Assembly (NCBI GenBank): GCA_900088475.1
Contig: FLMG01000549.1
Coordinates: 62,001 to 126,000 of the forward strand
DNA: 64,000 nt
Reading direction: 5' to 3'
DNA from: Hyphochytrium catenoides
Taxonomy: Eukaryota > Protista > Hyphochytriomycota
The position numbers and the translations under genes are program-made. Below are positions 48,481 to 61,038 of the stretch, in pieces (positions within the stretch are counted from its first letter, which is position 1; every line of letters starts with the position of its first letter). Under the pieces are notes generated by a model. That model worked only from the letters and a program-made list of their open reading frames with translations, did not search any database and was not told the origin of the DNA.

Positions 48481-49980
48481 ATGGCAGCAATGAAGCTTGC
48501 CCTGGGGCTCGCGGCGCTAGCAGCCAATCTCCTTGCCGTCAGTGCAGCCACACCTCCTATAATCATCAAGGGGAGTCAAATGTACAACTCAGAGACGAAG
48601 GCTCGATTTTTCGTCAAGGGACTGACTTATGAGTATGCTGTGGATGACGCATTTTATACACAATATGGACAGAAGGCCTTCAATGACCTCATCGAGCCGC
48701 TTGGCGTGAACGCCATTCGTCTCTATCAAATCAACCCGGATAAGAGCTATGAAAAGTTTATGCTGGATATGCAGCAGCGGAATATGTATGTTATGGTGAC
48801 AGCCACTCCCGGCGGAGATGACTACTTCGGTGACTATAAAAACTGTGTGTTGAACCGCTTTCTAATGCCGCTTGACAATGGCGGGTGCTATCCTGCGTGC
48901 TTGCTGGAGTATGGCAAGAAGGTGGCTAGCATGTTTGCCAAGTATGACAACAGCCTGGCATTGATTGTGGGCAACGAAGTAATGCAGTTCAATGCTACCT
49001 CTGCACCCTGCATCAAACAGTACGCTAAGGATCTGAAATCGTGGATGAGGTCTGCAGAGGGTGTAAAGTCGATGAGAGTTCTTCCATTGGCATACGCTGA
49101 AGCAGACACAGCTCCTCCAACTGCAGCAACCACAAGCACCCCCAATGACTGGCACACCCTCCGCAACCAATTTTTTGCCTGCGATGATCCTCCAGTTGAA
49201 GGCAGCCTCCTAAACTCTATAGATATCACCATGGTCAACACCTACAGATATTGTAGCGACGCTACCGGAAAAACCTCTTATGAGAAACTGAAGGCAGCTG
49301 TGCAAGGATATCCAGGCGTCAACATCTTTGGAGAGTACGATTGTCCCGAGGTTGGACCTTCTGGTACACGCAGTTGGGGCGCTGTGAGCTACCTCTTTTC
49401 GCCAAGTATGACCGATGTTTTCTCCGGTGGATTTGCCTACACCTATGGCTATGCGCTGCTGGATGCCAACTCGCCTTTCCCTATTGTAAGCGGTGGCGGT
49501 ACCAAGGCAACGGACAACCCTGGTTACCAACCCACTGCTGCTTACACAGCATTGAAGCAGGCGTATAACAACGTGCAGTTCCCAGCAGAGTCTGGGACTT
49601 GGTCGAGTAAGTCGGCCATGTGCACCTTCAAGGGGACTGTCCCCAAGGGTACCCAGAGCTTTACGCAGACGTGTGCTGAGGTAACCAAGCGTATGTCCGA
49701 TCTGACGGGCACAAAGGTCCAGTGGCCGGTCCAGAGCAGAGAGGGGGCAGTTTGTAACAAAGAAGGCACTACCTGTGACGTCGCATATCCTACAGGCTTG
49801 AAAGTAACTCAGACCACTCTCTGCGGCGGCCAAGTACCCAAAGGCACAGTGAACAACGGCGGCACTGATAGCGGCGGCAGTAACGGTGATGGTAACAGCT
49901 CTAGCGCACCCGAACTTTCCTCTGTCTCAGTTCTTGCGATTAGTGCTATTCTATGCCTATGCTCACTTGTTGCCTTGTAG
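48481..49980 (+). CDS. GH72 beta-1,3-glucanosyltransferase (Gas/Gel-like) with signal peptide and GPI-anchor signal; intronless
   Basis: Signal peptide MAAMKLALGLAALAANLLAVSA; RFFVKGLTYE, LGVNAIRLYQINP, FAKYDNSLALIVGNEV (acid/base Glu), FGEYDC (nucleophile Glu), MTDVFSGGFAYTY; Ser/Gly spacer and hydrophobic C-terminus. Confidence 0.88.
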   Translation: MAAMKLALGLAALAANLLAVSAATPPIIIKGSQMYNSETKARFFVKGLTYEYAVDDAFYTQYGQKAFNDLIEPLGVNAIRLYQINPDKSYEKFMLDMQQRNMYVMVTATPGGDDYFGDYKNCVLNRFLMPLDNGGCYPACLLEYGKKVASMFAKYDNSLALIVGNEVMQFNATSAPCIKQYAKDLKSWMRSAEGVKSMRVLPLAYAEADTAPPTAATTSTPNDWHTLRNQFFACDDPPVEGSLLNSIDITMVNTYRYCSDATGKTSYEKLKAAVQGYPGVNIFGEYDCPEVGPSGTRSWGAVSYLFSPSMTDVFSGGFAYTYGYALLDANSPFPIVSGGGTKATDNPGYQPTAAYTALKQAYNNVQFPAESGTWSSKSAMCTFKGTVPKGTQSFTQTCAEVTKRMSDLTGTKVQWPVQSREGAVCNKEGTTCDVAYPTGLKVTQTTLCGGQVPKGTVNNGGTDSGGSNGDGNSSSAPELSSVSVLAISAILCLCSLVAL

Positions 49981-50153
49981 AGAAGAACAGTGCAGACGCT
50001 AGAAGCAGTACTCATTAGGCAAATCACGTTAAATCATCTAAATAACTAAAGCAAACAACTCCTTGACATAAATAACTTTTGGCTGTCTTGGATCCTCTGC
50101 CCTTTTGCTTCTCCGTTCTTCTCTTCTGCTGGGAACCCCACGGATGGGACACC

Positions 50154-53100
50154 TCACTTGGTGCTGTTGAGAAAGGAGAAGTTTAAATGCTTTTTGAGGA
50201 AGCCCTTCTTTGGAGGTTCATCGGTGGCGCTGCAGGAGACGAATGACGAGGTAGTCAGCAACATGCCGCTTCAGTTAGGACGATATCCCCAGGCAGCCCT
50301 CCCTCTTCTCCAGTCTCTCTCTTTTATCTTTTTGTCTCTCTACCACTTATCCTATATGCGCAAGCCTCCCTCCCCGTTGTCCCCCTTTCGTTGGTGCTTG
50401 GCTATACTGATCCCATCCTCCGCACGTTGGCCAATTTAAGTTGATTTGTATGTCAAGGAAAGCATACGAACCTCTGTCCAGACGCAATCATCTTGGAGTC
50501 TATGACTGGGACAGAGTTTGACCGCGCTCGTTGCAGCATTTCCCTCTTTGCTTTCAACTTTTCCTCTGCAAAATCTCGTCAGAATCAACACACAGCAAAA
50601 TAGCACATTCGGTGCGAAATAAGGATCTCCAATTGGCTAGATAGGACCAACGGGACGAAAGAGGAGGCGACCTGGGAGAAATGGACTAGACGCGGGCACC
50701 CCTGGACAAAGAGAATAGGAAAGCAAGGAGGCAGTAGGATGAAGCTGTAGTGGGCTAAGCACCTTTATCCTGTTGTCTGACAATCTGACTATACATCTCT
50801 AACTTTAGGTTTTCGAGAGGAGGAGCTCCAGCACTAATCTTTGATGGCGGCTGCTGCTGCTGCTGAAGAGCCTCCGCCAGCTGTCCCAGCTCTAGCTCCA
50901 CCACCTCAGAGCTGGCTTCCGATTGGGAAGATGGCGATGCCCTAATCAGTGAGGAGAGAGTCGCAGTCACAGACGGACACAGTGTAAGTCGAGAGAAAGG
51001 CAGATTGAGGGAAACGTATCATACCTCTTAGAGCCGTGAAAGCCATTGAGAGAGCTGCCCGCCTGGTTATGAACAGAGGACAGAAGGAACTCAATAAAGG
51101 GTCCGGACTAGGCACACCAAGAACATTGAATACCGGAATAAAATTGGTGATAGACCACTGGCGAAAGATGATAAAGGATAGAGAGTAACATCTATAAGCC
51201 ACTGCTAATGACAAAGATGACTGAACATTCACAGATAAGGAGCTCGATCCCACCATCGTTTTCGCCTTCCAGCTCCTGCTTCCCCCTCTCTCAGGCTCCA
51301 TTGAGCCAAGATGATTTAGTGCCGTGAGATCTCTCAGTCGTCTCTCGAGCTTCTGAGCTCTTTCCTGTCTCAGTGAGTTAGTGATAGTGTGCCAACGTAT
51401 GTTCCAGGCAGAGCCTCTTTACAAGTCTCTGGCCTGATCAACTTCTCTTCATCCCCATTGAGTTACCCTCCGCCTGTTCCTATCGGTCGCTTAGGACCTA
51501 CCAGGAGCTTTTCCTTCTCCTTCTTGAAAATCGCTTCCTTCTCTTCATATTCTCTTCGCAGTTCCAGTTTGGCCTCCATTAGCTTCCTATCATACTTATC
51601 CACGAGCTCCGATGCCTCTTCCAGCGCCCGGTCCGCTCTCACTCGCCCTGTTTCCTCCACGACAAGCAATTGCTCTTCCGAGATCCGGCGAGCTACTTCT
51701 AACTCCTGCCGTAGAACCTGAGAGACAAGAGAGTAAGGAAAGAGCAAATGACTAAGAGGCAGAGTGATAGACAGAACGCGCAAGCAAAACACTAAGAGCT
51801 AATTGTGTGCCTTTGGACAGGAAGAGATGGATATAGACTGTCAGACAGAAAGAGGGCGTAGGAAGTTCCAAAAAGTAAATGACTCGTGTCACACCTCCAC
51901 ATCCCGTACGGCTTCTTCCTCTCTTATCTGGGCGCGCTGCAGGTCTGCTCTGTGCTGCAAAGACTCTGCCTCCTTCTCTCTGTTGACTCGTTGCAACTCC
52001 GCGTTGGCTGTCTCTAATGACTTGATACGAGCCTGCATCTTCTTCACTTTCTCATTGGCCTGCTGCAGCAGAACATGCTGCTGCTGGTTTTGCTGCAGCA
52101 CCTGTATATCTCCAGCTGCGGGCCCCAACGCACTTTCAAGCCCACCATTGAGTGTCTTTGAGCTGTCTAAAGCCTCGTATCGCCGCCGTTGAGTGACTAG
52201 TTCCGCTTCTAGCTGAGCGCATCGCGCCGTCTGCTCCTCAAGTTGTCGGTTCAAAGCCTCAAGCTTAGCAGAGCCTTCAAGCAGAAGGTTGTCGTGATGT
52301 AGCTGCAAGGTATCATGGTGGCTTTCCATCTCTTGCAGTTGCAGCTGAAGATCTTGAAAGCGCTGCGCATCCTCTCCCGAGCTTGGAAGCTGCGCCCGCT
52401 GTTTCAGCTCAGAGTTCTCATCACGAAGCTTGTCTCGCTCCTCCTCGGCCTCCTTAAGCCTGTCACACTTTGCATATGGGAGAAGGGAACGGATGAATGG
52501 AGCACTTTTAGAGCCAAAGCAAAAAAGAGTTGGAGTTGCAGGCGGCCATATGGTTAAAGCTTAATAGATCACAGAGAGGGCCCATGCTAGCGATCACTTG
52601 ACTCTTCTAACAAGGAGGAAGACCGTAGAAAATGTGATGGAGAGTGAAAGACTGTAAGAAAAACGAAGATGAGAGAAAGCAGGATGATGAGCCAGGCCTT
52701 GAAAGAGGTATCCAAATGTCCGAAAGGACAAGAGTAGCGGTTTACCACTCTCTGCATGGCCGAAAGGAACTCCTTTAGCTTCGCCTCCTGCTTTGAAATC
52801 CGCGTCTCTAGGTCCTGAATGGTGGTCTGGGCCTGCTGATAAGCTTTGGATTGGCTCTCGAGGTTCTCAGAGAGTTTTCTTCTCTCTTCTTCGCTCTTGC
52901 ACAGAGCTTCTGCCGCCGCCTCTTTCTCTGAAAGGCGTGTATGGAGAGAAAGGTGGCTACGTGCCTCTACCTGCTTGAGGGCCGCCTGCAGCTGCTCGAT
53001 CTCTTGAAGTAACTGGGCACGATCTCTCTGTTGACTATCGTCCGCAGAAGAAGGTTGCACAGGGCGTGAGAATAGCTGTTCCTTCTGTTTGTCCATCTGC

Positions 53101-56100
53101 CTCTCGAGCTGCTGGATCCGATATTTTAGAGCTTGATTCTCTTTGCGCGACTGCGCTAGAGAGTTCATTGTCAGCTTGATGAGACGCTGCGAGCCACTTT
53201 GGCCCTGCAATGCATTAATGCCAGAGGCGGTAGTAACGCCTTCCTGGTCTTCTTCAGCAGCAGTTTGACCCACTAAGCCTCTGTCTTCAGGGCTTTCTAT
53301 GGAAGAGCAGGCTTGCCAGGAGTCACTGCTCGGATCAGTTACGTTCTTCTGCGCGCCTTCTATGCCAAGCAAGAAGTTCTCTAGCTCATCCAAAGATTCT
53401 TCTGTTCCTCCAGGTGTACGTGGCGAGGCAGTCGGAGACTGGGTGTTTTGCCTTGCTCCTCTTGATCTTCTCCGGCTATTTCTCCTTTTCTGTCTACTTG
53501 TCGATTTGGGACTCTTGCTGCCCGCGGCATGGCTGGCGTTGCTCCGATCCGTTCGATGTCCGTCTCGATCATAGTTGCGGGGATCTCGGTTTGATGGAAC
53601 AGCCTCCCTGGGACGTGAAGAGGCAGGAAGTCGCAGACAAAACGAAAGAGAGAGAAGAGGCAAAGTATAAAGTCAGTTGTCGTAATAAGAAAGTAACCCC
53701 GGCGCACCCGTGAGGATTGTCAGTCAAGCAAGAGAAGGACTGCTACCAAACATATTTCTCCCTTCCGAGAAGTGATGCAACGAATGGAGAGAGATCTACA
53801 GGGAACATGACGATCACGCCGTGGAGCCGACTACAGACCATCTTGTGTCTACTTTGGCTTGAGTGATTAGCCCTTTGGTGATGGCTCCGTACTTCAGAGT
53901 GTTCAGCATCTCGTCGTAACAGTCATTCTCAGGGTTAGCATTCAGGATCATTACCGTGCGCCCGCAGTCTTGACCGACCAAAGACTCTTGAAAGAGCTGT
54001 CAGAGAGATAATGCAAAGAAGGTGAGCGAAGACACATAAATAGCAAGAGAGTAGGAGAGAGAGACAGACGTCACCACTCTCCAAAAGAGGGCGGTCTTTA
54101 AGTAGTTAGACAGAGGAGGAAGTGGAAGCCTGGTACTAACCCTAGTAAGCTTCGAGTGTCTAAAGGGCACCACCAGCTTCTTCTGACTAGCGAGATGCGA
54201 TTGATTGAATCGCAGCGCCTCGATGCAGCGCATAAGGTTCATCAGGCTGCTGTTAATATTAGACGACTCCTTGAGGCGCAAGCCACGAGCCCCGGTCTTT
54301 GCCCATCTCTCACTCCCTGCTAGATCTACGATGTGAAGCTGAATGGAGCTTTGATTAGAGAAAGGTTGGGAACAACAGTCAGCTCTTGTACATCGCTAAA
54401 AGGGCTTACACGAGCTTCTCTAGATATCACAGCGTCTTCATCCGCTATATCTTTCGTGAGCTTAATGGTGAAGACCGAGTGACTGCGGCTAGAGTCTGTG
54501 TTGCAACGAGTCTCTGCCACCTGGGAGCGATATGAAAGTGAGGGGATGGGGACCGCTATAGAGGCCGCAACGTAGGTGAGAGTCATACCTGGCGACTCTT
54601 GGTTCCCACTTCCATAAGGTTCAAACCTTCTTCTGCGGAGCTGATGGGCTCGTCTCTTAGTCCTTTGATGAGCACCCGTCCATAGTGATCTAGAAGCTTC
54701 AACTTCTGCCTAGGCCTGAGTGAGGAGGATTATGAGCGAATGACCACGGATGAGGGCCAGACCATTGGCTTGCAAGCGATGCGTACTGACTTTCCCTTAT
54801 CGGGTAGAGGAGCCAATAGATCATAGACTTCCTCATTGTAGACTTCCAAATACGATACTGAGGCCTGGGAGACAGAAGTCTTAGCAATTGCGCTCTCTGG
54901 CAACGATATCTATTCTAAGTCTGCCGGTTCTTGACTTTACTCTCTTATTCTCTTTTCTTCTTCTTCTTCTCTCTCTCTCTCCTCATTATTTCTCCATCTC
55001 CTTTTTTGTTCCTGTCTCACTTTCTCTTATCTCCCTAACCATTGCCTTGCCCCGTGCCCCTTTCGGACTTATCCTTGAAGCTGCAATATCCCAAGGCAGC
55101 GCCGTGTCCTTACCTTATATGATACCTGCCCTATCCGAGTGCCTTCTCTATATCCATCGTTAATCCCTCTGAGTGGTTCCTCCTTGGGCTGTTGAATATT
55201 GAAGCAGCCCAGTGAGGGCGATAGCCGCACGTATTGTGCAATTGATAAGACCTCACCTTGGCCTTGATCACTTCGAAGAGCATGCGGAGAGCTTGAGGTA
55301 GCACCCCTGGTTTGGTCTCGCTCCCTTTGTAGGTAAAACGTAATGAGTTGACTGAGGGTTTCATCTTTTGAAAGTAAAGAAGCACAATACCTAGGATGGT
55401 GAAAGTCTTTCCTGAGTTCGTTATACCGTAGGCAAAGACGAGCCCATTGTCACCCTCAAACAGCGCGGCGAGGAGCTGCTTGCACGTAGCATCAAAGAGC
55501 TCCTCTTGAGCGGTCGTTGGGCCGAATACACTAGTATCGGTGGCGTAGCACAGGTCAAGGGTGAAGAAAGCGAGAACAAGAGGAAAGACACTAGAAAACT
55601 TAAGAAGACGTAAAGCTAGCAGGAAAAGTCGAGGCACATAGAGTGGGATCAGTTAACTCCTTCTGTGGTTCTGGCCTTCCAATCGAAGGCTCCTGAATTC
55701 TTACCGGTTGAAGGTGAAAGTGGCTTGGGTTTCCCCAATGGTCGCTGCTTTGGATTTCTAAAACATGCCAGGCTCAGGACTAAGCTGCTAGCAGTGAAGA
55801 CGCTAAGACTCTTACCGGTGGGGCGAATGAGCGAACTGTGGTGTCATTCTCTATAAGAATGGTCTCAGAAGCGCGCCCCGGCTCGCGAGATGTGAACGTC
55901 TGAGAGTCTCCTTGTCCTCGGACTAGCAGGGGCCGCACGCGAAGGTAGATCTACAGAACACAATCAGGACACAAAATGGAGGGGTAACATGCTATGGACC
56001 GCCCCAATTTACCTGGACGTTTTCCTTCCTCCCCTTCTGACTCTGAGTTGGGGACTCTGTGCCTGACCTAGCCTTAGTCTCTTCTTTGTCTAATGAGACG

Positions 56101-56268
56101 TCCACTTCCGCCGCATATCCATTATTTTCCAGGAGAGAAGGGGGCTAATGTCGGCCAGTGAGCTTCCGATTAGTGCTACAGAGCCCTAGCTCACGTCCCT
56201 ACCTTCAGTGGGCTCTTCTTGGCTTGAGGACTCCAGTTGCTGGACTGGTTAACATTACCCCTCCTCAT
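50154..56268 (-). CDS. Kinesin-6 family (KIF20/KIF23-like) motor with long coiled-coil tail, multi-exon; start approximate
   Basis: [81 protein letters not shown]; coiled-coil exons 50.5-53.6 kb; last exon ends FLNSTK*. Confidence 0.85.
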
Positions 56269-56797
56269 ACTTGTCACAAAGGCGGACACAGACTACCAAC
56301 TCCAGGAATGGGCTGCAAGTCAAGCTCACCTCACCAGACCTGGGAAGTCGCCACGGAAAGAGCTATTGGGGAAGGAGAAGCATCTTTCGCGCTTCACGAA
56401 TTTCAACCGTTCACCATCTGCCCAGCTTTCGGTGCGTCAATCTCTCTCAATCGCCCAGTCATCTACATAGAGATACCTGCGATCAGAAACAGAAACACAT
56501 CCTCAAGCGAGCTCAATTCACAGCCAGCACTTTCGGGGAGGACAACGACGGCAAGTGGAAAAAGCTCAAGCAACATAAAGAGATTTACATGGCCATGCGA
56601 AAGAAGAGAGTGAGGGAGGAGAAGAAGAGGAGGAGGAAGGGGCCGAGGCAATCAAGCCAGAGCAGCAGCTTGGCTGCTCCGTCTCGCCTCGTAAGCAAGC
56701 TTGGCTCTCCTCCTTCGCCAACACCATCATTCTGACCTGATGGGCGGTTACTGGTCTGTCCGTTAGCGGCCGACAAAGTTGTTGCTGTTGTTAGATG

Positions 56798-56920
56798 AGG
56801 ATTCTGAATTCCAAAGTCAAATACCAGATATCCTTTTGGTTCTGTATAGTGTAGATCAACTACGAATGATAGAGATCCAGAATAGGATATTTGATATTTG
56901 ACTTTGAAATTCAGAATCCT
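56798..56920. repeat. Imperfect inverted repeat / long stem-loop (arms 56798-56847 and 56869-56920)
   Basis: Left arm aggattctgaattccaaagtcaaataccagatatccttttggttctgtat versus reverse complement of right arm aggattctgaatttcaaagtcaaatatcaaatatcctattctggatctctat: 45 of 52 aligned positions match. Confidence 0.9.
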
Positions 56921-57489
56921 GCAACCTTTTCCTGGAGGATGTCTGAAACTTCCTAACAGGAAGTACGAGGTCTATGTACCCCCATCAGTATCAGCGACTC
57001 GAGACAGAGTAGACGCCTTCTGTGTTATATAAAATTTATACGCTACAAAAGCAAGCGTAGGTGAGGTACAAAGGTTTGGAAGACAGGGAGAAACGGGGCT
57101 AGATATATTTAGAGACAGGCTAAGCTGAGAAACGAGACAGAGAGAAGACAGAGAGGACGGGAGAAGGAGACTTTTACATAGATACAAGGCTACAACGAGC
57201 GAGACGACTAGGCAGAAAGAGAAGGAAAGAGATAGCAGGGAAAAGCAAATAAAAAGAAAGGTATGAAGAAAAGAACGAAGGAAGCCAAAAGGAGATGCTT
57301 ATCGCCGCATTGGAGTGCACGTCTTTCCCGTCACAATGTGGAGCTTATGAGCTGGAGACGCCGACAAGCATTGGCAGTCCAAATCTCTGTGAGCTTTCAG
57401 GTCTTCATTGCCTAAAGAAAGAAGGAAGCAGCAGTCTCAATCTTGTTGGAAGAGGCCCATAATAGAGACTTTGAATCCTGAGCGCAACG

Positions 57490-58124
57490 ATGGGAAGGAA
57501 GCTTCCAGCAAACGCGAACCGCAATACAGAATGGATCGATTCCATGTATTTCTACTGGTTTTATCTCTTCCTGATCGCCGTAGCTTTTCTGGCTGTTGAG
57601 CTGCTCCCAGCACAAGCCAAGGTTCTCGGCTGCGCTTGGACTACCATAAACGTCATTCACGGCGTGGTAGGTGAACTGCTTGGTAAAGACAGGGCTGGCG
57701 GACGTGAGGTTAACCTGTTGTTTGCCATAGATTTCTTTCATCATGTTCCACTGGATGAAGGGCTCACCTGATCAGGATGCGCAAGGAGCGTATAACCATC
57801 TTACATTCTATGAGCAGATAGATGCGGGTATCCCATGGACGCGCACCAAGAAGTTCCTCATGCTAGTTCCCACATTCTTGTACGTCCCATTGCGGTGTCT
57901 CACTTCACCCAGGGTGGTCCTCATAGTTGTGCTGTCTCCACTTCAGGCTCATTATTGCTTCCGTGGTCACCAACTACGAGTCCCAGAATCTTATGGTTAA
58001 TGTTCCCATCTGGGCCATCCTAATTATCGCGAAGCTTCCAGAGCTACATTTAGTCCGAATCTTCGGTATTAACGCTACCGTCGGCATTGACGATGAGAAG
58101 TATCAAAAGATGAAGCTCTCATAG
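57490..58124 (+). CDS. ORMDL: ORMDL/Orm sphingolipid-synthesis regulator, 3 exons
   Basis: NRNTEWID, AWTTINVIHGV, FIMFHWMKGSP, GAYNHLTFYEQIDAGIPWTRTKKFLMLVP, IAKLPELHLVRIFGIN. Confidence 0.92.
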
Positions 58125-58535
58125 GAACTATCGACGGGTAATTCTTTTCTCCTTTACCTGTGACTCTTCAATGCATTGGCTCCAAGGAAGTAGGGGCTAG
58201 GTTAGCACATTCAGTCCATTCATTGCGTGTAGGTTAGCTCTTTATCCGCTCCGATTGGAGTCTGGCCCCATAATGTGATAGTAAGAACTATTTATCTTGA
58301 AAAGCGCAGTCAACTTAGCTAGTACGCCCTATGGGTTCCCCTTACGACGCCTACGCTGCCAAGGTTTCCAGTACCCCTCACTTTGTCGTCCTTTTATCAA
58401 TTATAGAGCTCGTGTTGGACAGCCCTGTCCGAAGTAAACATGAGCTAGGGGCTGTCGTTCTTGTCAATAGCTTGGCCTTTGACCGAATGTAAATATTGCA
58501 CATGACGCCGGCGTCTCCCTTGCGCTATCGTGTGG

Positions 58536-59820
58536 TCACCAATTCTGGCGCCGCTGAGTCGAGTTACCCATTTGTGGGGGTTGCGGTTGGCCCTTCTGCT
58601 GTTGCATTTTACCTGAGTTTGAGCCAGTAGAACTTGTTGAACCCATGCCTTCCCATCTTAAGTCGGCAAAGCCTGCCATTCCGCCCCCCAAACCACCACT
58701 GCCTGGCCCTGCTGTCCTGATCGAATGGCTCATATTGGGTGGAGAATGACCACCTGGTCTCATAGCCATCCCACCTGTATTGCCCATGGTGTTATTCATG
58801 GCGTTTAGAGGGGGAGGTGGGGTAGCTGTTCTATGCATACTCATCCCCATCGCCGGAGATTGTGATCGTTGGGGGCCAGCGCCAAAGGCGGCGTTCATTG
58901 GCTGCTGAGGCGCCGCATTGGCGGCAAAGACGTCAAAGGGGTCGCGCTATTGAGACAGAGCGTTATCAGACCAAAAATCCAAGCGGACCATGCCACGCAT
59001 TGGCACATACCTGAGGCATACTTGGAGCCTGTGCCATACTTGGCGCTTGACTCTTAATGGGCATCGTGGGCGGTGTTGCGGGTACTGGCTTGGATAACTT
59101 CAGACATAACAACGACGTTAACATCAAGTAGTCAGCTCAACGTCCAGGGAGCAACCGCTTCGATAGCGTACCAGCGAGGCAAGATCGTCCGTGATGGTAG
59201 TGGGTGGTGCTCGACGGCTAGGCTCTGTGCATAGAAGTGAACGGGTTATTCTAGGATGGTATTCAGGGTCAAGTATGAATGGATGAAATACCTGAAGCGT
59301 GGATCTCCGTTTTAGGTGAGGAAGGCGGAGTTTCGTGAAGGAGATTTGCAGTTGGCGCTGTCTCAGGCACGGCAGGCGCAACAGGGTCTGGCTTGATTCT
59401 ATCCTTAGCATAAAGGGATCCCCCTATTCTTGCGATCTTTGCCACAACTGCACCGTCAAATATGGGTACAGTCTCCTCATCCCGTGTTATGTCTAACCAA
59501 ACTATGGCGTGTGGAAGGTCAGGGAAGGCGTCTCAACAATAAAAAGTTTCCTGGGCCACTAACCGTAGGTGCTCTCAAAAGTATGCTTGAATCTAAAATG
59601 GTACTTGCCCGGAAGAGGGAATGCCTACTCAAGATAGAGTTTTTAGCTACCTACCAAGATGAGGGAGTAGAGACATTGACCGGCATAAGGCCCGAACCTG
59701 CTTGATGTCCGATAGCGTGGGCCTTGTAACCGCCTTGGGAAGAGGAAAAAGGTTCGGATGGTCAAAATCGTCACCATCGTCTGGGATGACATAGTGGACG
59801 CTGATTCCTTCAACCTCCAT
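58536..59820 (-). CDS. N-terminal DIX-like (ubiquitin-fold) domain protein with Pro/Met/Gly-rich disordered tail, ~6 exons
   Basis: Spliced: MEVEGISVHYVIPDDGDDFDHPNLFPLPKAVTRPTLSDIKQAFPLPGKYHFRFKHTFESTYVWLDITRDEETVPIFDGAVVAKIARI, which matches the DIX pattern (TLxDxK...YxFxFK...VxxxIxxDxxxLPxxxGxI). Confidence 0.78.
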
Positions 59821-60486
59821 CGCACCCAACTCTCACAAAACTCCAATGGGTTTTCCCTTCGGATCGTAGCAGATAGCGGAGACCCCGTAGCTACAGAGAG
59901 TAACCACACATAGACTCGTGATTGGCATGCGCCTCCTGGTGGCTGCTGAGAAGTGTAGGGGCCACTTGAAGCTGTACTCTTCGACTCGGATCTAGCCTAC
60001 AAGTAGACACCGGAGTTTGTATATCTGACGGCGCTCACCAAAGAGGAGAGGAAGGCTTCAGTTAGCGCTGATCCGTGTAATGAACCTACGATGGCGCGGG
60101 ATGAACAATCGATGTAAAGCAGTTGGAAAGTGTACTTGTAAGCTCCTCATAGAGAGATCTGAGCCCAGCAGCAGGCAACACTAACCCCTAAACCCCAGTA
60201 TATTTCGAATCCGTACGTCTATCTACACTGTATTCGGGGAGATATCTATTTTGCACAGTTCTTATTCAGCAGAGGATGACCAGCAATGAGTAACGAAATG
60301 AGGGATGCTCTGGATCTATAAAAATCACCTTGGAACGACATCAGTCAACCCTAGGAATGACCAACTCATCAGACGACGAGCTTCGTATGACCAGGCTCCA
60401 AAATCTATCGGCTGAGGAGAAGAGGTTAGACGTTAGCTTGCTCGGCTTTCAGAACTCTGTCTGGAGGAGCCTCTTTAGACGTGGCC

Positions 60487-60911
60487 ATGAAGTACACTCG
60501 ATTATATACTGGAAGTGATGGTCAGTCGCACTTTGAGGACGTTGAAGTGCCGTTGATAGACAAAGGTGATATCGGAAGGCTCTCCAAGGCCTTCGGCGCA
60601 ACCGGAGTAATCTTTCGAGAAACTCCAGGTAGCTATAACTTTCAATGGCATCATGCGCCCCAAAGGCAATTCGTTGTGATGCTGGATGGGAAGGTAAGCT
60701 TTGCCTTTGACTTTCCCCAGGGTTGGAGGTAGCTAGGTAATCATCGTCACTTTGTCTGCAGGTTGAGATAGAGGTAGGAGACGGCACCAAACGGACGTTC
60801 GAAACCGGTGACATCCTTCTAGCAGAAGACACGACGGGGCAAGGTCACATATCTAGAGCCGTGGATGGCCAGCCAAGAAAGTCGTTATTTATAACACTAA
60901 GCAACCCTTAG
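60487..60911 (+). CDS. Small cupin-fold protein of bacterial type, 1 intron (60694-60761)
   Basis: MKYTRLYTGSDGQSHFEDVEVPL...GVIFRETPGSYNFQWHHAPQRQFVVMLDGK|VEIEVGDGTKRTFETGDILLAEDTTGQGHISR: cupin motif 1 (HxxPxxQ) and motif 2 (GD..EDTTGxGH). Confidence 0.85.
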
Positions 60912-61038
60912 TACTCAGTACTCGGGGTGAGCATATCAGAACCAAGATCTTTAGTAGCGGGTTGTATGGAAAAGGAACAGAGCGGCTATGGTAACAGATG
61001 CTCAGATCTTTGAACGTGCAGCTAACTCTGCGATCACT

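Noticed and set aside
60181-60196. ctaacccctaaacccc as interstitial telomeric repeat
   Set aside because: Only two degenerate units; expected by chance.
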